Positions 9,433-18,241 of a DNA stretch of 32,000 nucleotides are shown piece after piece. The translations under genes were made by a program, and so were the position numbers. The stretch is taken from assembly GCF_014396165.1 (NCBI RefSeq), contig NZ_CP060715.1, positions 1,110,001-1,142,000 of the forward strand, written 5' to 3'. The notes under the pieces are model-generated. The model did no database searches. It worked only from the letters and a program-made list of their open reading frames with translations, and was not told the DNA's origin. Within the stretch, counting starts at the first letter, position 1. Every line of letters starts with the position of its first letter. This stretch comes from Erysipelothrix inopinata (GTDB taxonomy: Bacteria; Bacillota_I; Bacilli_A; Erysipelotrichales; Erysipelotrichaceae).

Positions 9433-10992
9433 ATGAATAGGAAAATAGTTAAAACACAAAAAGGACAGCTTTCTGGTCTTGTAGAATCAGGCGTTGAGAA
9501 GTATTTAGGGATTCCTTTTGCAAAACCACCAGTAGGTGAATTAAGATTTTTACCACCTGTTGAAAATGAAGCATGGGTTGGAGTTCGTGATGCTATCACA
9601 CTACCAAACAGCCCAATGCAACCGATTAAAGAAAATGGCAAACCATCACGTCAATTGACAAGAATCAGTGAAGATTGTCTTTATTTAAATGTATACGCAC
9701 CTGAAAATTCAGAAGGACGTAATTTACCGGTTATGTATTGGATTTATGGTGGTGGCTATACCGTAGGAAGTTCCGCAATGCCTCTTTACGATGGTGAGAA
9801 TTTTGTAAAGAACAATGATGTCATTTTAGTTACTGCAAACTATCGCGTAGGTATCTTTGGATTTATGAGTCATCCTGCTCTTAGCAAACGAGCAGAACAT
9901 CACACGAATGCGGGAGTTGCAGATGCCATTGCTGGTTTAACGTGGGTAAAACATAATATTGAAGCATTTGGTGGAAATCCAAATAATGTCACTGTTTTTG
10001 GACAATCAGCAGGTTCTTCATTGATAAATATATTATTGTTGTCTCCTGTAGCAAAAGGACTATTCCATGCTGCAATTACTCAAAGTGGTTCGCCGTTTAA
10101 TCATGACGAATGGGATATTGATACAGAACAAACTTATGAAAAATGTCGTAAGTATATGGAATCTGTTGGAATTATGAACGAAGAGGACCTTTACAGCGCT
10201 CCTGCAGAACAATTCCTTCAAGATAAAGATAATTACGCTAGAGCAGAGTTCTGCCCGTATGTGGATGGTTACATCCTACCAGACCGACTTGAACAATGTT
10301 TCTTGAAAGGGTTATTCCATGACGTTCCAGTAATGCTTGGATGTACATCTGATGAGGCTTCATCTCTAGTCAACGGAGGCGATGCACACGGAAGTCGTTC
10401 AAAGACTACAAAAGAATCATTTGGTAAAACAGTAGATATAAAATATCCAATCAAAGAGCACAACGAATTCATTTGGGAAAAATATGGTCCCTATGCTGAA
10501 TATGACGCAGGTTATGCACTCTATCGCTTTAGATCCGATAACACTGCAGCGAATATGAGATACTTTGCATCTTGCCTCAAAGACTACAACGAGAGTCCAG
10601 TTTACTACTACATTTTCCAACATGTACCACCTACCCATAATCCATCTTTCCTAGGTGCACATCATGGTTGTGAAGTTAACTATATCTTCCAAAACTTCGA
10701 TGCAGACAAAGAAATCATTGCATACGGAAGTTACGATGAAAAGATTGGAAATGATGTGTCAGCATACTGGACAAACTTTGCACGTAATCATCATCCAAAT
10801 AGTGAATCACTACCACACTGGGAAGAATTCACTCCTGAGAACAATATGATTATGTACTTAGATGGACCTTGCGAATGTAGAGAAATAAAGAACAAAGCAA
10901 TTACAGATACATTCGAAAGATTTCTTGCAGAAAGAACAGAAGCCAACAACCCCGGGTTGATGGTTAAATCAAAGAAAGCAGCAGATTTCTAA
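9433..10992 (+). CDS. Type-B carboxylesterase (para-nitrobenzyl-esterase-like)
   Basis: FGGNPNNVTVFGQSAGS matches the type-B carboxylesterase serine signature. N-terminal GIPFAKPPVGELRF and EDCLYLNVY motifs. AAGGAG RBS. Confidence 0.9.
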   Translation: MNRKIVKTQKGQLSGLVESGVEKYLGIPFAKPPVGELRFLPPVENEAWVGVRDAITLPNSPMQPIKENGKPSRQLTRISEDCLYLNVYAPENSEGRNLPVMYWIYGGGYTVGSSAMPLYDGENFVKNNDVILVTANYRVGIFGFMSHPALSKRAEHHTNAGVADAIAGLTWVKHNIEAFGGNPNNVTVFGQSAGSSLINILLLSPVAKGLFHAAITQSGSPFNHDEWDIDTEQTYEKCRKYMESVGIMNEEDLYSAPAEQFLQDKDNYARAEFCPYVDGYILPDRLEQCFLKGLFHDVPVMLGCTSDEASSLVNGGDAHGSRSKTTKESFGKTVDIKYPIKEHNEFIWEKYGPYAEYDAGYALYRFRSDNTAANMRYFASCLKDYNESPVYYYIFQHVPPTHNPSFLGAHHGCEVNYIFQNFDADKEIIAYGSYDEKIGNDVSAYWTNFARNHHPNSESLPHWEEFTPENNMIMYLDGPCECREIKNKAITDTFERFLAERTEANNPGLMVKSKKAADF

Positions 10993-11007
10993 TAAAATTA
11001 TGAAAAA

Positions 11008-11050
11008 AATAACATTTCTCTTCAAAAATAAGATGAGAAATGTTATTTAA
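11008..11050 (+). terminator. Terminator hairpin after the esterase gene
   Basis: Perfect 13-bp stem AATAACATTTCTC (11008-11020) pairs with GAGAAATGTTATT (11035-11047). The loop is 14 nt and the T tail is weak. Confidence 0.55.
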
Positions 11051-11452
11051 ATTAGTAAATTTGAAGTTTACAATAATTAAAAAATAATAGTGCTCGTTAT
11101 GTAGGTAATTAAATATCCTGCAGTATTTAGAACTAAATAGACAGTGTTAGATATAATCCTCATTGGTTCATACTATAAAAAAATTTAATTATGTCTTGAT
11201 AAAGTGAATACTATAATTATTATAATATGTGATTAAAGAACAATAAATTATCGCGAGGTTAGAGTAAAAAAAATCAAGAAGATTAATTAGATGTTTTAAA
11301 TTTATATATGTGCTAATATGTAAGCATAGAAATTGATTTTTTTTTGCATCAATCAACACTAGTAAAAATAAGAAGTGTGTCTCTAAAATTTGTTTAAGGT
11401 TATCAAGTAATCGACAAATCTATTTTTCTGCTTAATGCATTTGTTTCCAGAA

Positions 11453-11481
11453 TTGATTGGTTATGGATTGCTTTTTATAGT
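11453..11481 (+). promoter_or_regulatory. Sigma-A-type promoter candidate TTGATT-17-TATAGT
   Basis: -35 at 11453-11458 and -10 at 11476-11481, 24 nt upstream of the PHP-ATPase ATG. The call comes from AT-rich sequence, so it is tentative. Confidence 0.4.
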
Positions 11482-11504
11482 TAATTTAAAAAGGAGATAA
11501 TTAT

Positions 11505-13886
11505 ATGTGGAATGCAATAGACTTACATATGCACACATCTGTTGGAGTTACTCGGGATGGTAAAAGTGATACAGTAAATTTCTCGTATTTAAAATTCGTT
11601 CAGGTGCTCTCAGAGTATGAATTGAAACTTTTATCAGTTACAAATCATAATATCATTGATTTTTCTAATTTTTTAGTATTAAATTATTTATCTGATATAT
11701 TAGGTTCAACAATGCTTTTGGGTGTGGAATTTGATACAGTTTTTGCTGATAAAGAGGATCAGCCTTTGCATCTCGTGGCTATATCAGAAAAAGAATTTGA
11801 AGATAATTTTGAAATGTCTAATAACATAAATATTGAGACTCAAAATAAAAAAAATAATATCGGTGAAGTAATATATTCTGCCGAAGAATTGATGTCATTA
11901 GTTAGAAATCATAATTTAGTTATGATACCTCATGGATCTAAATCGAGGGGGATTTTTGAAGACCCTTCTGAGGAAAATATTAAAAGTGCTTTAAAAATTG
12001 TTCGAGAAGGATTTATTAGAGTATTTGATAGTCCATCTAATTGGAAGTTAAGCCAGATTAAATCTTTTATGACGGAGGAAAATTACGCTGATAATATTGA
12101 TGATTTCGGAGGTGTTTTATTCTCAGATGTTCGAGATTGGGATCAATATAGTTCAAAGAATAGAAACTTCTATATGAACGCAGAACCGAGTTTTAAAGGC
12201 CTAATACACTCACTATCGAATCCAGTACATAGATTTTCTACCAAAGATCACATTAACAAAAATAATCACTATATATCCAGAATTGAAATTAAAAAAAGAG
12301 AAGAAGAAAGTACTTCCCCATTGGAACTTACCGAGAATTGTATTAATCTTGATAGGGGGTTTAACTGTATAATTGGTCGATCGGGATCAGGGAAAAGCTT
12401 ATTACTAGAAATAATTAAACAATCTTTAACTGAATCAACCAAAAGTTCTTATGATGTAATTAGCGATTATGAGTTTTCGTTCTATAATGAGAGTGACGAA
12501 AAGCTAGACAAATCCAACATAAATATAGGATTTGGAGAAAAAATTTATGATAAAATTATTCAAGCAAATATGTCTTCTGATAATGAAGAAATGTATAGTA
12601 TTGTAAGATATATCATGCCAGATTTTGTTTCCAAAAGAAATTTTCAGGCGGTGAATGAGGTTTTTGAAAAAAATGTTAATCTATATATAGATACTAAAAA
12701 AAAATACTCTGATAATTCAAAAAAAATCATTGAGGAAATTAATAAATTAAACGGTAACGAACTTAAACTTAGGGACTTGGAAGATATAAGTACTTTTCAA
12801 ATATCACTTCCTGATCCATTTAAACTAACATATACCCAAGAACAACTAAATAACTTTGCAAAATACAGTGAACATTTCGAGAGTTTAAATACAATATTAA
12901 ATATATATAAAGATAATAAAAAAATAAATATTAAGAACAAACTAGACGAAACAAATAAATTATTTAAAACAGTGTATCAAGAAATAACAGAACTACACAA
13001 GTTTGAAACATATGAAATTCGCAAATATGATCTAGTGAAAAAATGTATTAATGATGTTAATGGAATTTCGTCTACTAATGCATTGAGTAAATCAACTTTA
13101 ATAAATTCAATGTCGAGTACGCTCGATAGCATTGTTTCGAGTTTTATTGAACATAAGATAGACGAGTTTAACCTACTATCTATGGATGTAAGTTACAACT
13201 TACAAGGTTCACATCAGGAAACATTGATCAATAAAAACAATCAGATTTTAGTTGTGGAAAAGGTAAAAGAAGAGGATATAAAGCTTGTATCCGAGAGAGA
13301 GAACAAGCTTTTTAAAACATATGGACATAAGACAAAATTGAATGAAAAAAAATATGATTTAACGAGTAACAAAGACACAAAAAACCTACTAAATAAATAC
13401 ATAAAACTTGATATAATGAGAGATTCTTTTAAGATAAATGACCTATTCGACGTTGAAGTTGAAATATTCTTTGATCAAAATAATATTAAAAATTTAAATC
13501 CAGGAGACATTGCTAAAACATATCTAGAGGTTTATTTTGACAATAATATTATTAATTCTAACAACTCAGTAATTTTGTTCGACCAACTTGAAAATGATGT
13601 TGACAAGGATTTTATTAGTACCACGATAAAAGAACAGATCAATAAAACGAAGGGAAAGGTTCAATTTATTGTTGTCACTCATGATCCTATAATTGCTGTA
13701 AATGCGGACCCAACCAATTATATTGAAGCTATTAAAAATGACAAAAATATTGAATATAGAAATTTTAGGCCGGAAAGCTATGTACAAAATGAGCTAATTA
13801 CAATTGCGAATACAGTTGACGGGTCCCGAAATGTAATAAAAAATCGATACGAAATTTATAAAGGAGATAGACAACATGAAAATTGA
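11505..13886 (+). CDS. PHP-family phosphoesterase fused to an ABC/SMC-like (split Walker A/B) ATPase; probable defence protein
   Basis: PHP motifs DLHMHT (aa 6-11), VTNHN, GVEFD, IPHG. Walker A GRSGSGKS (nt 12375-12398), then about 390 aa of K/N/E-rich spacer. Walker B-like VILFDQLE (13569-13592) and VVTHDP (13671-13688). AAAGGAGA RBS. Confidence 0.8.
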   Translation: MWNAIDLHMHTSVGVTRDGKSDTVNFSYLKFVQVLSEYELKLLSVTNHNIIDFSNFLVLNYLSDILGSTMLLGVEFDTVFADKEDQPLHLVAISEKEFEDNFEMSNNINIETQNKKNNIGEVIYSAEELMSLVRNHNLVMIPHGSKSRGIFEDPSEENIKSALKIVREGFIRVFDSPSNWKLSQIKSFMTEENYADNIDDFGGVLFSDVRDWDQYSSKNRNFYMNAEPSFKGLIHSLSNPVHRFSTKDHINKNNHYISRIEIKKREEESTSPLELTENCINLDRGFNCIIGRSGSGKSLLLEIIKQSLTESTKSSYDVISDYEFSFYNESDEKLDKSNINIGFGEKIYDKIIQANMSSDNEEMYSIVRYIMPDFVSKRNFQAVNEVFEKNVNLYIDTKKKYSDNSKKIIEEINKLNGNELKLRDLEDISTFQISLPDPFKLTYTQEQLNNFAKYSEHFESLNTILNIYKDNKKINIKNKLDETNKLFKTVYQEITELHKFETYEIRKYDLVKKCINDVNGISSTNALSKSTLINSMSSTLDSIVSSFIEHKIDEFNLLSMDVSYNLQGSHQETLINKNNQILVVEKVKEEDIKLVSERENKLFKTYGHKTKLNEKKYDLTSNKDTKNLLNKYIKLDIMRDSFKINDLFDVEVEIFFDQNNIKNLNPGDIAKTYLEVYFDNNIINSNNSVILFDQLENDVDKDFISTTIKEQINKTKGKVQFIVVTHDPIIAVNADPTNYIEAIKNDKNIEYRNFRPESYVQNELITIANTVDGSRNVIKNRYEIYKGDRQHEN

Positions 13887-14166
13887 AATTGAAAAGACTG
13901 AAAGTGGTGCACATTTTAAATATTGTGATGAATCAAATTGGAGAAATGTCGGGTATAGCGAAATTAATGAATTTATTGATTATTATTTAGATAATCTCGA
14001 AACAAATGGAGATTGTGAAATTATTGGAGAAGATAATGTTGAAAACTATAAAACTTTATTTTCAAAACTGATTAGTGAAATGAATAGTGAAGACTTCATT
14101 CTTGCATATAAATTGGCTAAAGAACGCAGTAGTGAGGCTGAATCAATACAGGATGAAAGGGATTAA
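13876..14166 (+). CDS. Small acidic hypothetical protein (96 aa), apparently translationally coupled to the PHP-ATPase
   Basis: The ATG lies 11 nt inside the 3' end of the upstream gene, with AAGGAG at 13861-13866. No family was recognised. Confidence 0.6.
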   Translation: MKIEIEKTESGAHFKYCDESNWRNVGYSEINEFIDYYLDNLETNGDCEIIGEDNVENYKTLFSKLISEMNSEDFILAYKLAKERSSEAESIQDERD

Positions 14167-15360
14167 GCTAAATTTAAGTACTTAAAATGTCATCAAATTT
14201 TTGCACATGTAGTTTTAAAGTCGTTTAAATTCTGTGTTGCAAATTGATATTTAATATATCGGATGATATGGTATTTCATTCTAAATTAGCTTTAATTTTC
14301 GAAGATTGAATTAGTATTGTGATAAAGATATCTTTTAATAAGAAGCTGCTAGTTTTTCTCATTATAATTGAACTTATTCTTTGATGTTCAGTAGTCTGTA
14401 TGTATCATTGAAAACAAGTAAGAGTTCAGAAAAATTCGATTGAAATAAGGAGTTACTTTAACCATCGTATATTTATAATAGAGGTGATTAAAATGTTTGA
14501 TTCAAATTATGAAGAGTTTCCGGGTGTATTCTATATCTATGTAGGATATTGGAGAGAATATGTAGTTGATGATCAATCAGGGAAATATATTCCTTATTTT
14601 TTAATCTGGTTTCTTTAGTTTTTCAGGAGAAATAGTCCGGTTTACAACAGTAATTATGAAAATGTAAAATAATTTAGGAGCGATTGCATATTGTTTCTCT
14701 ACCTAGTTTATATTGTATCCAAAGTGAGTAAACGAACTAGCTTCACAAGTGTTGATTTTTGAATGATGTGAGGACAAAGACAAGTGAATCTAAACAATTA
14801 TTGTTGGATGTACACTTGCTACTAATGCTTTAAAGAACTGAACCATATCTTATCCAAAATATACTTTTTTTAGCAAGCCATCATTTCTAGAAACTTGAAA
14901 CGTCTTTTTGACAGATTCATATATACACACAAGAATATTCTCACTAATAATTCAAGGTCAAAATCTATTAACAGGTTCGAGTCACACAACAAAAACTCTA
15001 GGATCGGTGTGAAAGAATACTTCATAATTTCTAGAAATTTCTCAATGTGGTTATCAGCAAGCTTTCCATTATAAGTTTGCTGATAAAAATGTTACAACTA
15101 CATATGTTCCTTTGAAATTATGGTGTTAATCATACATTTTAGCTAATTCGAGTATAGTTGACGGTATAATATAAAAACCCACTTGAAAGAAATCTACATT
15201 TAGCACTATATCGTTTTTAATAAATTATTTCGACTCTATCCCGAAAATTTTTAAAATTTGCAATGATGAAAGAATTGTGAATTTTGAAATTATAAGCTAT
15301 TTTTTGATTAATAAATGATATCATAAAGAAAGAGATAGTATTCAATTCACGATCTTTTTA

Positions 15361-17062
15361 GTGTACAAAATGAATAAGGAGAAAAAGGAAACGAATATGA
15401 ATAGTGATTTTGATAATCTTAAAAATACTTTAAGCAGGGTAGAAGTTCCTATTGATAATGTAGAACATGATAAATTTAGATATAATAAAAATGCAGAAGG
15501 GTTCGCAAAATTTCTTGAAAAATGTGAAATGCCGATAACAGTATCAATTCAAGGAGATTGGGGCTCAGGAAAAACCTCATTTATGAACTTAGTTAGAAAT
15601 AATTTTCTGGACAATAATTCAAAAGAACAAAATGAATTCTATAAATTTGATGCATGGCAATTTTCGGCATTTGGTAGTGAAGAATTTCTTCCGATTTTTT
15701 TGTTAGAAGAAATCGCAGAAAATACAGGTTGTAAGTCAAAACAAGCCACAAGGTTTTTTGAGGAATTAAAAAGTATTTCCATACTAAAATTGGTTGAAAC
15801 TGGTAGTAATTATGGGATCAAGATTGACCCATCAGTGTTTGATTCAAATCATGCCCAAAAGAGAGAAAAACTAATTAATAGTATTAATGAAAAAACTTCA
15901 GGCAGAAGAATTGTTTATTTTATTGATGATTTGGATAGAGTCAAGCCCGAAGTTGCTATAGAAATGTTAGAAGTAATAAAGTCAGTACTCAATCTTAAGA
16001 ATTTTATTTTTGTTGTCGCGATAGATCTTGAGGTGATTAGAAAAGGGTTAGAAAAAAATTTAGTAATAATATGAATGCTGATAAAGCTCAAGCATTTTTT
16101 GATAAAATATCCCAGGTGAATTATGTTATACCTAATCATCAAATTGATATTTCAGATTATTTGCTTGAACTTTTAGATTTCGACTTTGTATATGAAAATG
16201 ATGTAGTTAAAAAAATGGATTATATAATATTTTTCAACAAACTATACAAGATTGTGTTTCTAATAATCCAAGACAACTCAAAAAATTAGTAAACAACTAC
16301 TATTTATATTCGACAATTGTTTTAAATGAGTTACATAAACTAGAAGATAGAGATGAAAAAAATGCTTCTAAACTTTTAATATTTATCGTAGTTGCTCTGA
16401 AAGAACATAGTTATGACTTGTATAAAGAATTCTTAAACCTACCCGCGACTTTTAATATTTATGAAGATGCAGAGGGATTAGATAATTCATTAAAAAATGC
16501 AATCCTCAATCTTGATAGAATAAAACTAAATTATATAAAAGACATCAGTAAGTATAATAGCCTAATTGTAAATATTTCAACTCAAGCACAAGTAGAAGTT
16601 TCCAAAGAAAGGGATACAGAAACGAAATCAGATGATGATAAAATATCAAGATATTCTTACAAAGGAAAGAAATATAACTCTGTACAGCTGAATGCTGAGT
16701 TACGAAATGAGTATCTCAGGACAGTTTCGAGAACTTTCTATAATAATCAAGAGCTAACGGCAGAAGAGAAAAATAAATTTATTGGAGATGGTACAGTAAA
16801 AGGTATAATGTCTTCTACAATCCAACAACTTACGGATAGGGGATTAAGTATTAAAGCAATAAGTAGCATTCAGGGTAATTTAATGATAAAAGAAGGAAAA
16901 AATCCTGATATAGACCAATGGAAAAATTCAGCTAGAATATTCGAATTTCCAATTGGTGAGGAAAAGTTTGTTTATTTTGATACTAATATTTCAATTAGGG
17001 ATGCTTATGTATTATCAATTAGAATGATAGAAGAATCAATGATAGAAGAATCTATGAAGTGA
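15361..17062 (+). pseudogene. KAP-family P-loop NTPase interrupted by two -1 frameshifts
   Basis: Walker A IQGDWGSGKTSF, Walker B VYFIDDLDRV..FVVAIDLEVI, and downstream KAP-like AQAFFDKISQVNYVIP and NNPRQLKKLVNNYYL. The reading frame moves 1 to 3 at the A7 run 16052-16058 and 3 to 2 at the A7 run 16209-16215. Adding one A at each site gives a single ORF of about 555 aa. Confidence 0.75.
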
Positions 17063-17372
17063 TTATTGGAAAACTCATGAAATTGTTATACATTCCTAAC
17101 TTGGGAATATATAATAGCAATTAGGTCCGTAATGCAAATACTTTTGCAGTAACCTTAGATGAAAGTTGTATGCATATGTGCTAAATATTACTGTATAAAT
17201 ATTTTAAGTAATTAATTTGAAAAGACTTTTCTAATTAATATGGTGGGATATAGTTTTCAAAATAATTAGTATTTGAATGAGAAATAAGTTACTCAAATTA
17301 TTTTTGAGTAAAAGTACTTTGAGATATATATTAAAATTTAAGTTTAAAATATAGTAGAAGGAGAATATGACC

Positions 17373-18062
17373 ATGTGGGGTAATGCAAAGATTCAAGATA
17401 GTAATATGTTGGAAGCACAAAGAGAAATGTACACATCAAAGAGGGGAAATAAAATAATATATAATAAGGGAGGAAAGGATAATTTCCAAGTAAGTATTAT
17501 TGAATGTGATACAAATGACGCGTATGCTATGAGAGATGTCGATTATTTTGAAGTGATTCTGAAGTATAGTAATAAATATGAGGTAGAAATTCTATCATTG
17601 ATAAGACAGATGTCCGAATTTATTGACCAAAACGCAGGTGGATTTTATGATAGTTTTATAGGGTTGATATTTGAACCAAATGAACCATTCGATATTAATA
17701 ATCGAAACACGTTCGGGTATAATGACCAGTTACATATTAATAATATTATAAATATAGTTGATACCTACGATGGAATGGAAATTGAAGATCCTGAATCTGA
17801 GCTTGAGGAAGCACTAGTAATAATCTACTTAGCAATGGTTTCTGAATGGTATTATGGATTTAGTTATGGCGGAATTGATAGTGGTAAAAGATCAAAGTGG
17901 CAACATAGAATGAAGATTCTTGGTTTGCATCAAGTAATTAATCGAGATTTAACACCTGAATGTGCTGCAAGATATTCAATTAGATTAGGTGAAGATCAAA
18001 TTTCAGATGCATTAGAAATATATGGAATCTATTCTAAGCCTTTGAAGTTTCCTAAAAAATAG
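17373..18062 (+). CDS. Hypothetical protein (229-231 aa), no recognisable family
   Basis: Long ORF with GAAGGAGA upstream. The second ATG at 17373 has better spacing than 17367. The gene has its own terminator. Confidence 0.55.
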   Translation: MWGNAKIQDSNMLEAQREMYTSKRGNKIIYNKGGKDNFQVSIIECDTNDAYAMRDVDYFEVILKYSNKYEVEILSLIRQMSEFIDQNAGGFYDSFIGLIFEPNEPFDINNRNTFGYNDQLHINNIINIVDTYDGMEIEDPESELEEALVIIYLAMVSEWYYGFSYGGIDSGKRSKWQHRMKILGLHQVINRDLTPECAARYSIRLGEDQISDALEIYGIYSKPLKFPKK

Positions 18063-18095
18063 GTTAATTATACTCGAGGACATAATTATAATTTG

Positions 18096-18122
18096 AGATG
18101 GGCTACCTTTACCCATCTTTTT
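18096..18122 (+). terminator. Rho-independent terminator
   Basis: Stem AGATGGG (18096-18102) pairs with CCCATCT (18112-18118), followed by a T run to 18122. Confidence 0.6.
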
Positions 18123-18193
18123 ACTTCCTATCTTGTAAAAGAACTTTTGTAATTAAATGGCGAGGTTATTTTTTATGAATAGCAGCATAACAC

Positions 18194-18215
18194 ATTGTGC
18201 ACTTTGATGCACAAT
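18194..18215. promoter_or_regulatory. Palindromic operator candidate ATTGTGCA-N6-TGCACAAT
   Basis: Perfect 8-bp inverted repeat (18194-18201 and 18208-18215), 27 nt upstream of the HTH-methylase ATG. It abuts a TATACT -10-like hexamer at 18220-18225. Confidence 0.5.
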
Positions 18216-18241
18216 ATGTTATACTTATAGACGGTGATAAC

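Noticed and set aside
14493-14618. 41-aa ORF with a GAGGTGA RBS in the gene-less gap, considered as a real small gene or toxin
   Set aside because: It is too short and has no recognisable features to call as a CDS from sequence alone. It is kept only as a note within the gap finding.
16052-16215. Programmed ribosomal frameshifting as the explanation for the split KAP gene
   Set aside because: Two independent shifts would be required, and there is no obvious downstream stimulatory structure. The reading requires an extra base rather than a classic slippery heptamer context. Mutation or sequencing error is more parsimonious.
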